Below are positions 9,601-19,751 of a DNA stretch of 64,000 nt, in pieces (the stretch's first letter is position 1; every line of letters starts with the position of its first letter). A program made the position numbers and the translations under genes. The DNA comes from Candidatus Saccharimonadales bacterium. Its GTDB lineage: Bacteria; Patescibacteriota; Saccharimonadia; Saccharimonadales; UBA4665. The stretch spans positions 1,563 through 65,562 of the forward strand of contig DASVXH010000083.1 of NCBI GenBank assembly GCA_036392795.1. Reading direction: 5' to 3'. Under the pieces are notes generated by a model, which made no database searches, was not told the DNA's origin, and was given only the letters and a program-made list of their open reading frames with translations.

Positions 9601-9882
9601 ATGGCAAAAATCAAAACCAAAAAACGTGCCGCCCGTACCAGTGATTCTTTTGATGGCGTCTATCTGTTCAAGATGGTTTTATATCTGTTACTGGGATCAA
9701 TGTGGGTCAAAATTAGCCATGGGGACTGGCTGCAGCTACCTATTCCGGTGGGACTAATAATCGGTCTGATTTTTGCGACACATGAACACTTTCGTATCGA
9801 CCGCAAGATAGAGTATGCGGTCTTGCTTGTAGCCATGCTATTCGGCTACTTTGCGCCGTACGGCTTGTATATCAATTTTTAG
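9601..9882 (+). CDS. Small membrane protein, 93 aa, about 3 TM helices
   Basis: Basic N-terminus (KIKTKKRAAR) followed by hydrophobic segments. Confidence 0.5.
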   Translation: MAKIKTKKRAARTSDSFDGVYLFKMVLYLLLGSMWVKISHGDWLQLPIPVGLIIGLIFATHEHFRIDRKIEYAVLLVAMLFGYFAPYGLYINF

Positions 9883-11236
9883 GACCGTCGAAGTCTTTAT
9901 AGCTGGACAATTGCGTTTCGCCAATGTGCCACAGAACGGTTTCGCCCTTTGGCCGACCGCCGATCAAATCAACCTGCTTGCTTTTGACTACCAGCCCGCC
10001 ACGGATCGTTCGGAACGGCTTAGCGGTGCAATAAGAACTCCACCCAAGATTTTGTCTTACGATCATATGCAGGACGTCAAGTATCTCTACTAGTTCCTGA
10101 TGCGATGTCGCGCCCTGTACAACGCGCAGTGCCTGTTTCGTGCGGTCATCCGTAATCTGACCAAGCAGTCTGACGGCTTGTTCATGATCCAGCTTGGGGC
10201 ATCTACCCGGGGCCATGGCCATACTTAGCAACTTTTCCGCACTCGCGATTTCCTGTTCGGTTAGCGCTCCAAGTCTTCTGGATCTTGCCAAGTCTTTATC
10301 GACCCCAAACGGGTAAATACACCTTACAACCGCTGGGTCGTATGGCTCGTCGGGCGGGAGTGGAACCAGGTGAATTGTCAGCGGTTCAGGGTTGACATCA
10401 ATCAGGCTGCCGGCACGCCGGTTACGAATTACACCCATTCCAAACAGTAATTTTCGGACGATTTGCTCAACGGGTGCCGCCAGTATATGACAGGTATTTT
10501 CAAAGATCTGGCTTTCTTTATCTGTAAAAAGCATTCTTTCGGCAATGGTCATTGATCTCCATGTCTCCAGATACAAGTCTTTGTGGCCCAGGACAGTCTT
10601 GGGATGTTGAGCAACCAATTGCATAACCCTGGTGGCAAGAATCGATTCAGGACTATCCAAGTCAAGAGAAAATTGTTTGCCATCAAATTCGATAAGCACA
10701 TGGTCGACGGTGGCTAGCTGTGTCTTTTCTTGTTCTTGTTCATAGAGGGCGTTTTTCTTGTACATAAGTTTTTCGCCCCCGGCCGCATCTACTCGGCACT
10801 TAAAATCTGCTAGCTCTTCTGCGGTTGCGTGCCGCTCGGCTAATGCGATACGTCCAAAACCAATATGGGACTTACCGTCGGGTGATTCAGTTTTTACGAC
10901 AGCGGAGACAAGTTCTGGCACGAGAGCTTGAATACGTAAGCCGTACGCAACCAGTTGGCCCGCATGTCTAGAAGGCTTATCCTCTGCCTGCGTAAGGTCG
11001 ACCAAATCCTGGCAGATATGATCGCCCGGTCCAGCCGTTAGGTAAAGTTCGCTCATCCGGGCCATATATGTTGACGACTGGTCTACGCCCCGCATTTCAA
11101 CGATACGACCATCTGACGCCAAGGCGGTATGTCCACGAAGATGCCACTGATTAATCTCAGGGACATTTGTTATCAACGTTGCATCTGATTCAAGAATTTC
11201 GTGGCGAGGTAAATGATGAGATAACATGGGAGTCAT
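9872..11236 (-). CDS. Hypothetical protein, 454 aa
   Basis: Clean 1.36-kb ORF antisense to the ribosomal operon direction. No motif recognised. Confidence 0.7.
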   Translation of the reverse strand: MTPMLSHHLPRHEILESDATLITNVPEINQWHLRGHTALASDGRIVEMRGVDQSSTYMARMSELYLTAGPGDHICQDLVDLTQAEDKPSRHAGQLVAYGLRIQALVPELVSAVVKTESPDGKSHIGFGRIALAERHATAEELADFKCRVDAAGGEKLMYKKNALYEQEQEKTQLATVDHVLIEFDGKQFSLDLDSPESILATRVMQLVAQHPKTVLGHKDLYLETWRSMTIAERMLFTDKESQIFENTCHILAAPVEQIVRKLLFGMGVIRNRRAGSLIDVNPEPLTIHLVPLPPDEPYDPAVVRCIYPFGVDKDLARSRRLGALTEQEIASAEKLLSMAMAPGRCPKLDHEQAVRLLGQITDDRTKQALRVVQGATSHQELVEILDVLHMIVRQNLGWSSYCTAKPFRTIRGGLVVKSKQVDLIGGRPKGETVLWHIGETQLSSYKDFDGPKN

Positions 11237-11324
11237 TTATAGCATGGTGCCGCCTAAGTGCAAAGTTATTTAGCAGCCAAGCTGGAAAAAGAATTTACAA
11301 AGAGCCGTTTGCGGAGTAGGATTA

Positions 11325-11915
11325 TTGGCTGATATGCCTGTAAATACCGAAGCGAGTAGGTTTTATGCCTACCATGTTGAATTTTGCCCTGAAGATCCTG
11401 CGCACTGTATAAACCCTGTACTTTTAGGCAGGGCCAGTATGGAGCTGCTTGACTCCTATAATGCCGACTTCCGATTCAATTCGACGAGACCAGTGGACCC
11501 TTTGCGGCTACCCGACGTCGACACGCGCAATGTGAAAGAAAAAATTACTGCCGAGCGAAGTTTTGATGGCTGGCTATTTGATATAGAATTTGCAGAAAAT
11601 CGAACATTGAAGTTTTTAGACGACTATCCGAATTCTATGATGAGTAAACTACAGTTCATGGTGCCAAAATGCGGAGTCGTAGCGACTGATATGGTATGCA
11701 AGAGATTGCTTCTTGAGGGGCATAATGCTCCGCGAATCCCATTACCTGCGCGACCGAAGCGAGGTTTTTTATCCATTCCAAAGCAAATCGACAAGCGTCG
11801 ATTTATAGGTGGTAATTATTCCGCGCAGCTAGCACTTACGCTTATTCGGCAAACATTGGATCGCAACCATGCCCAAAAATCCGGCACCAAAGTCGTCAAA
11901 GATCTTATTGGCTAG
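11325..11915 (+). CDS. Hypothetical protein, 196 aa
   Basis: ORF with GGAG 9 nt upstream of TTG 11325 (alternative ATG at 11334). No motif recognised. Confidence 0.6.
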   Translation: MADMPVNTEASRFYAYHVEFCPEDPAHCINPVLLGRASMELLDSYNADFRFNSTRPVDPLRLPDVDTRNVKEKITAERSFDGWLFDIEFAENRTLKFLDDYPNSMMSKLQFMVPKCGVVATDMVCKRLLLEGHNAPRIPLPARPKRGFLSIPKQIDKRRFIGGNYSAQLALTLIRQTLDRNHAQKSGTKVVKDLIG

Positions 11916-11932
11916 GTAGAATATACAACATA

Positions 11933-11962
11933 TTGACAGGAGTTACGGTTTCTTGCTACACT
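11933..11962 (+). promoter_or_regulatory. Candidate promoter for the rplC-rplO operon
   Basis: TTGACA (11933-11938), 18-nt spacer, TACACT (11957-11962). Followed by a hairpin-rich leader of about 160 nt. Confidence 0.4.
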
Positions 11963-12123
11963 GTACAGGTATAACAAATTTCTGTACTTGGTGATTTGGG
12001 AAAGTCCGCGTCCTCAACAGGGGTGGAAACTGTCCGGAGCCGAGCATTTTTATTCTCACGTAAAAGTGCGGCAACAGATAAAAATAGCTACAGACTGTCC
12101 AAGTGTCTGCGAGCGGAGAAACT

Positions 12124-12741
12124 ATGAAAGCACTCATCACTCGAAAGGTTGGCATGACCAGTACCATCGCTGAAGACGGTACGGTTCAGGCTATTACCTT
12201 GCTTTCCGCTAGTCCTTGCGTCATCACGCAAGTCAAAACCGATGAGACTGACGGCTACACCGCTGTACAGATCGGTTTTGAAGAAGCGAAACAGCAAAAT
12301 GTTGCCAAGGCGCAGCAAGGCCATTTCAAGGCCGCCGGTTCCATGCCGAAGATTATTCGCGAGTTCCGCGTAGACGAAGTTACTGAAGACCTCAAGGTTG
12401 GCGAAACAGTTAGCCCCGAGGTCTTTTCAGTTGGCGACGAAATCGACGTCACCGGTACTTCAAAAGGTAAGGGTTGGGCCGGTACTATCAAGCGCCACAA
12501 TTTCCACCGCGGTCGCAAGACTCACGGTGGTCGCTCGTACCGCCGCCCAGGTTCGATCGGTTCGATGTACCCTCAAAAGATTTTTAAGGGTAAAAAGATG
12601 GCCGGTCAGATGGGTTACGAGCAAGTAACCGTCAAAAACCTGAAAATTGCCTTGGTTGACACCGAACTTGGTGTTATCGGTGTTACCGGCGCTGTTCCTG
12701 GCCCACGCAAGGGTATCGTCATCATCAAGGAGGCGAAATAA
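12124..12741 (+). CDS. rplC: 50S ribosomal protein L3
   Basis: MKALITRKVGMTS..., with GAGCGGAG upstream of ATG 12124. The track ORF starts at 12103. Confidence 0.95.
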   Translation: MKALITRKVGMTSTIAEDGTVQAITLLSASPCVITQVKTDETDGYTAVQIGFEEAKQQNVAKAQQGHFKAAGSMPKIIREFRVDEVTEDLKVGETVSPEVFSVGDEIDVTGTSKGKGWAGTIKRHNFHRGRKTHGGRSYRRPGSIGSMYPQKIFKGKKMAGQMGYEQVTVKNLKIALVDTELGVIGVTGAVPGPRKGIVIIKEAK

Positions 12742-13385
12742 TGGCTACTCCAACCGTTCCTACATTCACTAAAAGTGGCAGCAAGGCTACTACGGCCGCC
12801 AAATTGGACGCCAACGTTTTTAGCGTCATGCCCGAAAACCACGAATTACTAAAGCTGGCTTACACCGCCTATCTGGCTAATGGCCGCGAAAACCTCGCCG
12901 TCGTAAAGACCCGTGGTCTTGTTCGCGGTGGTGGTAAAAAGCCCTGGAAACAAAAAGGTACCGGTCGCGCACGTTTTGGTTCGTCCCGTAACCCAATTTG
13001 GCGCGGTGGTGGTATCGTTTTCGGTCCAACCGGCCAGGAAAACTACACCAAAAAAGTAGATGTTAACGCTAAACGTCTGGCTATCCGCCAAGCACTCAGC
13101 CTGGCTGCCAGTGAAAACCGTATCCGCAGCATCGAAACTTTTGAAACTAAAGGTAAAGTCGCTGACACTGCCAAACTCCTGCAAAAAATTGAAGCAACCG
13201 GTTCGGTACTGCTGGTCGTTGACCACAAAGACGAAGTAGTTGTGCGCGCAACCCGCAACCTACCAAAGGTTAAGCTGGTCAACGCTAACTACCTGAACGT
13301 CTATGACATTCTAAATGCTGACACTATTGTAGTAAGCAGCAAGTCGCTCGACATTATCAGCGAGTGGCTGGGAGGCAAGAAGTAA
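12741..13385 (+). CDS. rplD: 50S ribosomal protein L4
   Basis: KPWKQKGTGRARFGSSRNPIWRGGG motif. TAATG overlap with rplC. Confidence 0.95.
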   Translation: MATPTVPTFTKSGSKATTAAKLDANVFSVMPENHELLKLAYTAYLANGRENLAVVKTRGLVRGGGKKPWKQKGTGRARFGSSRNPIWRGGGIVFGPTGQENYTKKVDVNAKRLAIRQALSLAASENRIRSIETFETKGKVADTAKLLQKIEATGSVLLVVDHKDEVVVRATRNLPKVKLVNANYLNVYDILNADTIVVSSKSLDIISEWLGGKK

Positions 13386-13735
13386 TGGAAAACCACATTG
13401 TTCTTATTCCTCGCATCAGCGAAAAAACATATATGCTAAGCGAAACCCGAAACACCTACGTTGTTGAAGTTCCTGCCGGCACCAGCCGCGACCTTGTCGC
13501 CAAAGCTGTTGCAGCGCAGTTCAAGGTAACCGTTACCAATGTCAACATCGTAAACGTTAAAGGTAAAGCCAAGCGCACTGTTCGCAAGGGCGGTCGTCAG
13601 ATTATGGGCCAGCGCTCCGACATCAAAAAAGCATATGTCACCCTAAAAGAAGGCGATAAACTGCCATTCTTCGCTGATCCAGAGGACGAAAAGAAAGCCG
13701 ACAAAAAGGCTAAGTCCCAGAAAGAGGAGAAATAA
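13385..13735 (+). CDS. rplW: 50S ribosomal protein L23
   Basis: L23-like sequence in the expected position. TAATG overlap with rplD (the track ORF starts at 13364). Lys-rich C-terminal tail. Confidence 0.9.
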   Translation: MENHIVLIPRISEKTYMLSETRNTYVVEVPAGTSRDLVAKAVAAQFKVTVTNVNIVNVKGKAKRTVRKGGRQIMGQRSDIKKAYVTLKEGDKLPFFADPEDEKKADKKAKSQKEEK

Positions 13736-13737
13736 TC

Positions 13738-14574
13738 ATGGCCATTCAAGCATACAAGCCAACTACTCCTGCTCGCCGCGGCATGACCTCTCAGGACACC
13801 AGCGATATTACAACCAGAAAGCCACTGCGCTCTTTGATTGTTACAAAGCGCCGCACCAATGGCCGCAATAACCAAGGTCGCATTACCACTCGTCACCGTG
13901 GTGGTGGTGCCCGCCGTCACTATCGCATGGTTAACTTTGGCCTCGAAGCCGGTCTGACCGCGACTATCGAACACATCGAATACGATCCAAACCGCTCAGC
14001 CCGCATTGCCCGTATCAAGGACAACAAAGGCGCCTATCACTACATCCTTGCCGCTAAAGAAATGACCGTTGGTCAAACTATAACTACTGGCGAAGAAGCT
14101 CCTATCGAAAACGGTAACCGCTTGCCCCTGCGTAACATTCCTGTCGGTAGCACTATCCACGCCATCGAATTACAGCCTGGCCGCGGCGCACAGATTGTGC
14201 GTTCCGCCGGTAACAGCGCCCAGCTGATGGCCAAAGAAGGTGCTTACGCTCAGGTTCGTTTGCCCTCGGGTGAAGTTCGCCTGATCAATCAGGACTGTAC
14301 TGCATCCTTGGGTGTCATTGGTAACGAACAGCATCAAAACATCAAGATCGGTAAGGCTGGTCGCAACCGCCACAAAGGCAAGCGCCCAACCGTTCGCGGT
14401 GTTGTTATGAACGCTGTTGACCACCCACACGGTGGTGGTGATGGTGGTCGTCACCGTATGGCTAAGGCTCCTCGTACGCCTTGGGGTCAAAAGACCCTAG
14501 GCTTCAAGACCCGCCGTCGCAAGAACACCAGTCAGTTCATCGTTAAGAGCCGTCACGCGGCCAAGAGAAAGTAA
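13738..14574 (+). CDS. rplB: 50S ribosomal protein L2
   Basis: GRNNQGRITTRHRGGG and DHPHGGGDG motifs. Confidence 0.97.
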   Translation: MAIQAYKPTTPARRGMTSQDTSDITTRKPLRSLIVTKRRTNGRNNQGRITTRHRGGGARRHYRMVNFGLEAGLTATIEHIEYDPNRSARIARIKDNKGAYHYILAAKEMTVGQTITTGEEAPIENGNRLPLRNIPVGSTIHAIELQPGRGAQIVRSAGNSAQLMAKEGAYAQVRLPSGEVRLINQDCTASLGVIGNEQHQNIKIGKAGRNRHKGKRPTVRGVVMNAVDHPHGGGDGGRHRMAKAPRTPWGQKTLGFKTRRRKNTSQFIVKSRHAAKRK

Positions 14575-14586
14575 GGTAGGTAAGAT

Positions 14587-14862
14587 ATGAGTCGTTCACT
14601 GAAAAAAGGACCATTTATCGACCCTAAGCTTGCCAAAAAAGTGGCCGCACTAGGCAATGAAGATCGTACGATCATTAAAACCTGGGCACGCGCAAGCGTT
14701 ATCGCTCCAGAATTCGTCGGTCGCACCTTTGCGGTTCACAATGGCAAGGTCCACGTTCCGGTATTCGTTACCGAAAACATGGTCGGTCACAAACTTGGTG
14801 AATTTTCACCAACCCGCAAATTCCGTTCACACGGTGGTAAATTAGCGAAGGGTAAGAAGTAG
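14587..14862 (+). CDS. rpsS: 30S ribosomal protein S19
   Basis: [12 protein letters not shown] ... [23 protein letters not shown]. Confidence 0.97.
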   Translation: MSRSLKKGPFIDPKLAKKVAALGNEDRTIIKTWARASVIAPEFVGRTFAVHNGKVHVPVFVTENMVGHKLGEFSPTRKFRSHGGKLAKGKK

Positions 14863-14869
14863 GTAGATT

Positions 14870-15256
14870 ATGGCAGTAAAAGCAATCGCAAAAGGAGTCC
14901 GCATCAGCCCACGTAAGGTGAGTGTTGTTGCCGCCTTGGTTCGCGGTCGTACGGTAGAAGACGCCGTAACAATCCTCGAACACACCCCGCGCCGCGCCGC
15001 TCTGGCCGTCAAAAAAGCCATCCAGAGCGCCGCTGCAAATGCAGACCACAACCACAACCTGAAGCCGGGTACGCTCAGCATTGTAGAGATCAGCGTTCAG
15101 TCTGGTCCTCGCCTCAAGCGTTACCGTCCTGCTTCGCACGGTCGTGCGTTGCCATTCCAGCGCCGCACTTCGCACATCTTTGTTGTTGTAGATGGTGAAG
15201 CCCGTCCAGCGCGCAAGCCTGCCGCTGAAAAGACCGCCAAAAAGGAGGCTAAATAA
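14870..15256 (+). CDS. rplV: 50S ribosomal protein L22
   Basis: VRISPRKVSVVAALVRGRTVEDAVTIL, in the conserved position. Confidence 0.95.
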   Translation: MAVKAIAKGVRISPRKVSVVAALVRGRTVEDAVTILEHTPRRAALAVKKAIQSAAANADHNHNLKPGTLSIVEISVQSGPRLKRYRPASHGRALPFQRRTSHIFVVVDGEARPARKPAAEKTAKKEAK

Positions 15257-15257
15257 T

Positions 15258-15887
15258 ATGGGACAGAAAGTTAATCCGATTAGCATGCGCCTCCAGGTCA
15301 ACAAAGACTGGCGCAGCAAATGGTTTGTTGGCAAGCGCGAGTATGCAAAATACTTGGCCGACGACCTGAAGGTACGCCGCATGATTTCCGACAAACTCGG
15401 TTCGCGTGCTGCAATCAACAAAGTTGATATCGAGCGTTCACCGAACCTCGTAACCGTTACCATCTCTACCGCCAAAGCCGGTGTTGTAATTGGTCGTGGT
15501 GGTGCTGGTGCCCAAGAGCTAAAGGCTACCATCGAAAAAATTTATGGCACCCAGACGCGCGTTAATATCGAAGAAATTAAAAAGCCCGAAATGTACGCCA
15601 AGCTGGTTGCTGAAAATATCGCTCACCAGTTGGAGCGCCGCATGAGCTTCCGCCGCGCGATTAAAAGCTCGGCTGCCGCAACCATGCGCGGTGGTGCAAA
15701 GGGTATCCGCATCGAGGTAGCCGGTCGTCTAAACGGTGCCGAAATGTCCCGCCGCGAAAAGGAAGTAGCCGGTTCGGTGCCTCTACACACCCTTCGCGCT
15801 GACATCGACTACGCTCAGGTTGGTGCCCGCACCGCAGCTGGCGTTATCGGTGTTAAAGTGTGGATCTATAAAGGGGAGGTAGCGTAG
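15258..15887 (+). CDS. rpsC: 30S ribosomal protein S3
   Basis: [12 protein letters not shown] at ATG 15258, with AAGGAGG upstream. The track ORF starts at 15192 inside rplV. Confidence 0.96.
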   Translation: MGQKVNPISMRLQVNKDWRSKWFVGKREYAKYLADDLKVRRMISDKLGSRAAINKVDIERSPNLVTVTISTAKAGVVIGRGGAGAQELKATIEKIYGTQTRVNIEEIKKPEMYAKLVAENIAHQLERRMSFRRAIKSSAAATMRGGAKGIRIEVAGRLNGAEMSRREKEVAGSVPLHTLRADIDYAQVGARTAAGVIGVKVWIYKGEVA

Positions 15888-15888
15888 T

Positions 15889-16302
15889 ATGCTCGTTCCT
15901 AACCGTACCAAGTTCCGCAAGGTTCGCAAAGGCCGCATCAACGGCCCCGCAACCAAGGGACACTACATCGCCTTTGGCGAATACGCGCTACAGGCCCAGG
16001 GCCACGAGCGTATCACTTCCCGCCAGATCGAGTCTGCCCGTCAGGCTATGACTCGCTACATCAAGCGTGGCGGTAAAATCTGGATCCGCATTTTCCCACA
16101 CCTGCCTGTGACCAAAAAACCACAGGATGTAAAGATGGGCAGCGGTAAGGGTAGCCCTGAATATTTCGCAGCTAAGGTTAAGCCCGGCACTATCATGTTT
16201 GAAATGCAGGGCGTTAGCGAAGAAGTAGCCCGCGAAGCTATGCGCCTCGCGGCACACAAACTCCCAGTAAAAACTAAATTCTTGGTGAAGGAGGACGCGT
16301 AA
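15889..16302 (+). CDS. rplP: 50S ribosomal protein L16
   Basis: [16 protein letters not shown] ... canonical L16. Confidence 0.97.
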   Translation: MLVPNRTKFRKVRKGRINGPATKGHYIAFGEYALQAQGHERITSRQIESARQAMTRYIKRGGKIWIRIFPHLPVTKKPQDVKMGSGKGSPEYFAAKVKPGTIMFEMQGVSEEVAREAMRLAAHKLPVKTKFLVKEDA

Positions 16303-16502
16303 TGAAAATCGCTGATATCCGCAAGCTGTCAACTGCCGAGTTGACCACCGAGAGCACCAAACTACGTGTGGAGATTGCTGAACTTAAACGTCGTCTTTCC
16401 ACCGGTGAAGTCCAAAACGTTCGCGTCATTCGCGGTAAGCGCAAGGACCTCGCACGGGTGCTGACGGTACTGGGTGAGCAGCTCGCAAAGGAGAACATGT
16501 AA
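16302..16502 (+). CDS. rpmC: 50S ribosomal protein L29
   Basis: 66 aa; [32 protein letters not shown] coupling. Confidence 0.93.
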   Translation: MKIADIRKLSTAELTTESTKLRVEIAELKRRLSTGEVQNVRVIRGKRKDLARVLTVLGEQLAKENM

Positions 16503-16852
16503 TGGCAAAAATGATTTACGGTATCGTGTCTTCAAAAAAGACCGACAAGACCATCGTCGTGACCGAACATGTCCGCCAGACTCATCCGCTGTACCGCAAG
16601 CAGTACACGGTGACAAAGCGGTTTATGGCGCACGATGAGAATAACGAGGCACAAGAAGGCGACAAAGTCGTTATTGTAGAAACTCGCCCGATTAGCGCTC
16701 GTAAGCATTTCAAGCTGGACCGCATCACTGAAAAGGCAGGCGTCAAGCATGTCGAATCAGAGAAGGATGTTCCAGAAGTGCTTAAAAAGGCCGCAAAGCC
16801 AGCCAAAGAAGAGGCAGCCGCTGACACAGAGGCAAGCGAGGAGGACAAGTAA
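16502..16852 (+). CDS. rpsQ: 30S ribosomal protein S17, with a charged C-terminal extension
   Basis: [19 protein letters not shown] ... [17 protein letters not shown] core, plus a tail of about 35 aa rich in K/A/E. Confidence 0.93.
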   Translation: MAKMIYGIVSSKKTDKTIVVTEHVRQTHPLYRKQYTVTKRFMAHDENNEAQEGDKVVIVETRPISARKHFKLDRITEKAGVKHVESEKDVPEVLKKAAKPAKEEAAADTEASEEDK

Positions 16853-17220
16853 TGATTCAACAAGAATCCCGCCTCGTCGTTTGCGACAACAGTGGTGCCA
16901 AAGAAATTTTGTGTATCCGTGTCCTTGGTGGCACCCGCCGCCGCTACGCTCGCGTTGGTGACATTATCGTCGCCACCGTCAAAGAAGCCAATCCACAAGG
17001 CAATGTCAAAAAAAAGAGCGTAGTAAAAGCAGTCGTTGTTCGTACGCAGGATGTTATTCGCCGTAAAGATGGCAGCACCATCAAATTCGACGACAATGCG
17101 GCTGTGATTATTGGTGACGATAAGGCCCCTAAAGCTACCCGTATCTTCGGGCCCGTCCCCCGCGAACTGCGCGACCTCGGCTATGCAAAGATCATTAGCT
17201 TAGCACCGGAGGTACTCTAA
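16852..17220 (+). CDS. rplN: 50S ribosomal protein L14
   Basis: [27 protein letters not shown]. Confidence 0.97.
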   Translation: MIQQESRLVVCDNSGAKEILCIRVLGGTRRRYARVGDIIVATVKEANPQGNVKKKSVVKAVVVRTQDVIRRKDGSTIKFDDNAAVIIGDDKAPKATRIFGPVPRELRDLGYAKIISLAPEVL

Positions 17221-17561
17221 TGAAGACCGTAGAAAACAAGATCTATAAGATTCGCCTGAAAAAAGGTGATACCGTTGTGGTTACCACAGGTAAATACAAG
17301 GGAAAGACCGGCAAAATTACCGCTACTCACCCAAGCGAGAACAAAGTAACCGTCGAAGGCATTAACATCGTTAAAAAACACGTTAAGCCTAACCGCGCCA
17401 ACCCGCAAGGCGGCATCATCGAAGTTACCAAACCCATTTGGGTTAGCAAGGTCGCCATCGTCGACCCTTCAACCAAAAAAGCCAGCCGCATTGGCTATAA
17501 GCTTGACGACAAGGGCAACAAAACCCGCGTTTACAAGGCAAGCGGCAAGGAGATTAAATAA
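17220..17561 (+). CDS. rplX: 50S ribosomal protein L24
   Basis: KOW motif KKGDTVVVTTGKYKGKTGKI. Confidence 0.95.
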   Translation: MKTVENKIYKIRLKKGDTVVVTTGKYKGKTGKITATHPSENKVTVEGINIVKKHVKPNRANPQGGIIEVTKPIWVSKVAIVDPSTKKASRIGYKLDDKGNKTRVYKASGKEIK

Positions 17562-18142
17562 TGGCCGACAAGAAAGCAACTCCCGCTACAACTACAGCTC
17601 GCCTTCGCGAACAGTACAACAGCAAAATTGCTGCTGAATTGTTGAAAGAGCTTGGTCTTGCCAACGCGCACCAGGTGCCCAAACTGGAAAAAATCACACT
17701 GAATGTTGGTCTTGGCAAGGCAAAAGATGACAAAAAAGTCATCGCTGCCGCCGAAAACACGCTGACCAAGATCACCGGCCAAAAGCCCGTAGAAACCATC
17801 GCCAAAAAGTCCATCGCCAACTTCAAGCTGCGCGAAGGCAATAAAATTGGCTTGAAGGTAACGCTCCGCGGCGATAAAATGTACGAATTTTTGGATCGCC
17901 TGGTAACCATCGTGCTACCTCGTCTGCGCGACTTCCACGGTGTTAGTAAAAAAGCATTTGACCGCCAAGGCAACTTTAGCTTCGGCATGACCGACCAATC
18001 GGTATTTCCCGAACTGACCTTTGATGAAACAACTACCGCACACGGTTTGCAGGCAGTGTTTACTATCAAAGCTCACGATCCAGCTCACTCCCGTGCGTTG
18101 CTTGAAAAATTCGGAATGCCTTTTGAAAAGGAGAATAAGTAA
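17561..18142 (+). CDS. rplE: 50S ribosomal protein L5
   Basis: PKLEKITLNVGLG ... RGDKMYEFLDRLV. Confidence 0.96.
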   Translation: MADKKATPATTTARLREQYNSKIAAELLKELGLANAHQVPKLEKITLNVGLGKAKDDKKVIAAAENTLTKITGQKPVETIAKKSIANFKLREGNKIGLKVTLRGDKMYEFLDRLVTIVLPRLRDFHGVSKKAFDRQGNFSFGMTDQSVFPELTFDETTTAHGLQAVFTIKAHDPAHSRALLEKFGMPFEKENK

Positions 18143-18412
18143 ATGGCTAAGAAATCAATCATTGCCCGCGACCTCAAGCGCCAGAAGATGATCAAAAAGT
18201 ATGCCGCTAAGCGCGCCGAGCTAAAAGCTTTGGGCGACCATGAAGGTTTGGCCAAACTGCCTCGCAACTCTTCTCCCACTCGTTGGAAGAACCGTTGTGT
18301 TGAAACCGGCCGCCCCCATGGCTACATGCGTCAGTTTGGTCTGAGTCGTATCGCTTTCCGCGAACATGCAAGCAAGGGTGAAATCCCCGGCGTAACAAAG
18401 GCCAGCTGGTAA
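18143..18412 (+). CDS. rpsN: 30S ribosomal protein S14, long non-zinc (C-) form
   Basis: 89 aa ending GVTKASW. Only one Cys, so no CxxC pairs. Confidence 0.93.
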   Translation: MAKKSIIARDLKRQKMIKKYAAKRAELKALGDHEGLAKLPRNSSPTRWKNRCVETGRPHGYMRQFGLSRIAFREHASKGEIPGVTKASW

Positions 18413-18427
18413 AAGGAGAATATGCAT

Positions 18428-18826
18428 ATGATGGTATCTACAGACCCAATCGCAGACATGCTCACCCGCATCCGCAACGCTATCGCTGTACAAAAGAGTG
18501 AAGTCACTATGCCCCATTCCAAGGTTAAGGAATCGGTTGCTCGTCTTTTGAAAGACAGCGGCTTCATCTCTGATGTATCTGTGGCTGACGCAACTATTGG
18601 CAAATCCATGAAGATCGTTATCAACGAAGCCGGCGAAAACGCTCGCATCACCGAGATCGTTCGCATGAGCAAGCCAGGTCGCCGCTATTACACGGGAAGC
18701 GACAAAATCCCTGTTGTTAAGCGTGGTCGTGGTGTCGTTATCATCTCTACCTCAAAAGGTATGATGACCGGTGCCCAGGCCAAAAAGCAAGGCGTTGGCG
18801 GCGAGTTAATTTGTAAAGTGTACTAA
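18428..18826 (+). CDS. rpsH: 30S ribosomal protein S8
   Basis: DPIADMLTRIRNA motif. ATGs at 18422, 18428 and 18431; AAGGAG at 18413-18418 favours 18428. Confidence 0.93.
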   Translation: MMVSTDPIADMLTRIRNAIAVQKSEVTMPHSKVKESVARLLKDSGFISDVSVADATIGKSMKIVINEAGENARITEIVRMSKPGRRYYTGSDKIPVVKRGRGVVIISTSKGMMTGAQAKKQGVGGELICKVY

Positions 18827-18844
18827 TAGAGTAAAGGAAAATCG

Positions 18845-19384
18845 ATGAGTCGAATAGGAAAACTGCCTATCCAAATCCCCAGCGGTGTGACAATCACTGT
18901 CGACCCCGATTTCGTTACTGTGACCGGTGCCAAGGGCACACTGAAGCAGTTTACGATGCCGGGCGTTGCAGTAGCTGTTGCCGACGGCGTAGCTACGGTT
19001 ACGCGCGTCGATGACGAACCGGTCAATCGCGCCAAGCATGGCCTGATGCGTGCTCTGATCAACAATATGGTTGTCGGCGTCACCCAAGGCTTCAGTAAAC
19101 AGCTAGAGATTAACGGTGTTGGTTACCGTGTCGCAGCACAAGGTGCCGACCTCAAGTTTAATCTCGGCTTTTCGCATGATGTAATTTATAAAATGCCACA
19201 GGGCGTATCCGCTACTATCGAGCAGAACAAAATTACCGTTTCTGGCATCGACAAACAGCAGGTTGGCCAGGTTGCTGCCGAAATCCGCGCACTTAAGAAG
19301 CCTGAACCTTACAAGGGTAAGGGCATCAAGTACGCCGACGAACGTATCCTCCGCAAGAGTGGTAAATCAGGTAAGGACAAATAG
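18845..19384 (+). CDS. rplF: 50S ribosomal protein L6
   Basis: [19 protein letters not shown] ... Confidence 0.96.
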   Translation: MSRIGKLPIQIPSGVTITVDPDFVTVTGAKGTLKQFTMPGVAVAVADGVATVTRVDDEPVNRAKHGLMRALINNMVVGVTQGFSKQLEINGVGYRVAAQGADLKFNLGFSHDVIYKMPQGVSATIEQNKITVSGIDKQQVGQVAAEIRALKKPEPYKGKGIKYADERILRKSGKSGKDK

Positions 19385-19392
19385 GTAGAAGT

Positions 19393-19749
19393 ATGGACAA
19401 ACTAGCACACAAGCTTCTCAACAAAAGCCTCCGCAAGAACCGCGTTCGTGCGACCGTTTCCGGTACTACCGAACGCCCACGCCTGAGCGTATCTGTTTCT
19501 AATCGTCACATCATCGCCCAAGTTATCGATGATACCACCCACAAAACGCTCGCCTACGTTTCAACTGTCGGCACCAAAGCCGCCAAAGGTTCGATGAAAG
19601 AGCGTGCCGAATGGGTTGGCACCGAAATCGCTAAAAAAGCTAAAGCTGCAAAGGTTTCCGCAGTCGTATTCGACCGCGGTGGTCGCATTTACCATGGCCG
19701 CGTACAAGCGCTGGCAGACGCAGCCCGTAAAGCAGGATTGGAGTTCTAA
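19393..19749 (+). CDS. rplR: 50S ribosomal protein L18
   Basis: [20 protein letters not shown] ... [28 protein letters not shown]. Confidence 0.96.
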   Translation: MDKLAHKLLNKSLRKNRVRATVSGTTERPRLSVSVSNRHIIAQVIDDTTHKTLAYVSTVGTKAAKGSMKERAEWVGTEIAKKAKAAKVSAVVFDRGGRIYHGRVQALADAARKAGLEF

Positions 19750-19751
19750 TC

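Noticed and set aside
14768-15532. 254-aa ORF on the minus strand, plus similar long antisense ORFs at 16582-16998, 17554-18069, 19746-20138 and 28441-28947
   Set aside because: They lie entirely antisense to unmistakable ribosomal protein and rpoA genes. Their composition is skewed (Arg/Ser/Ala/Cys-rich). Such shadow ORFs are expected at this GC content.
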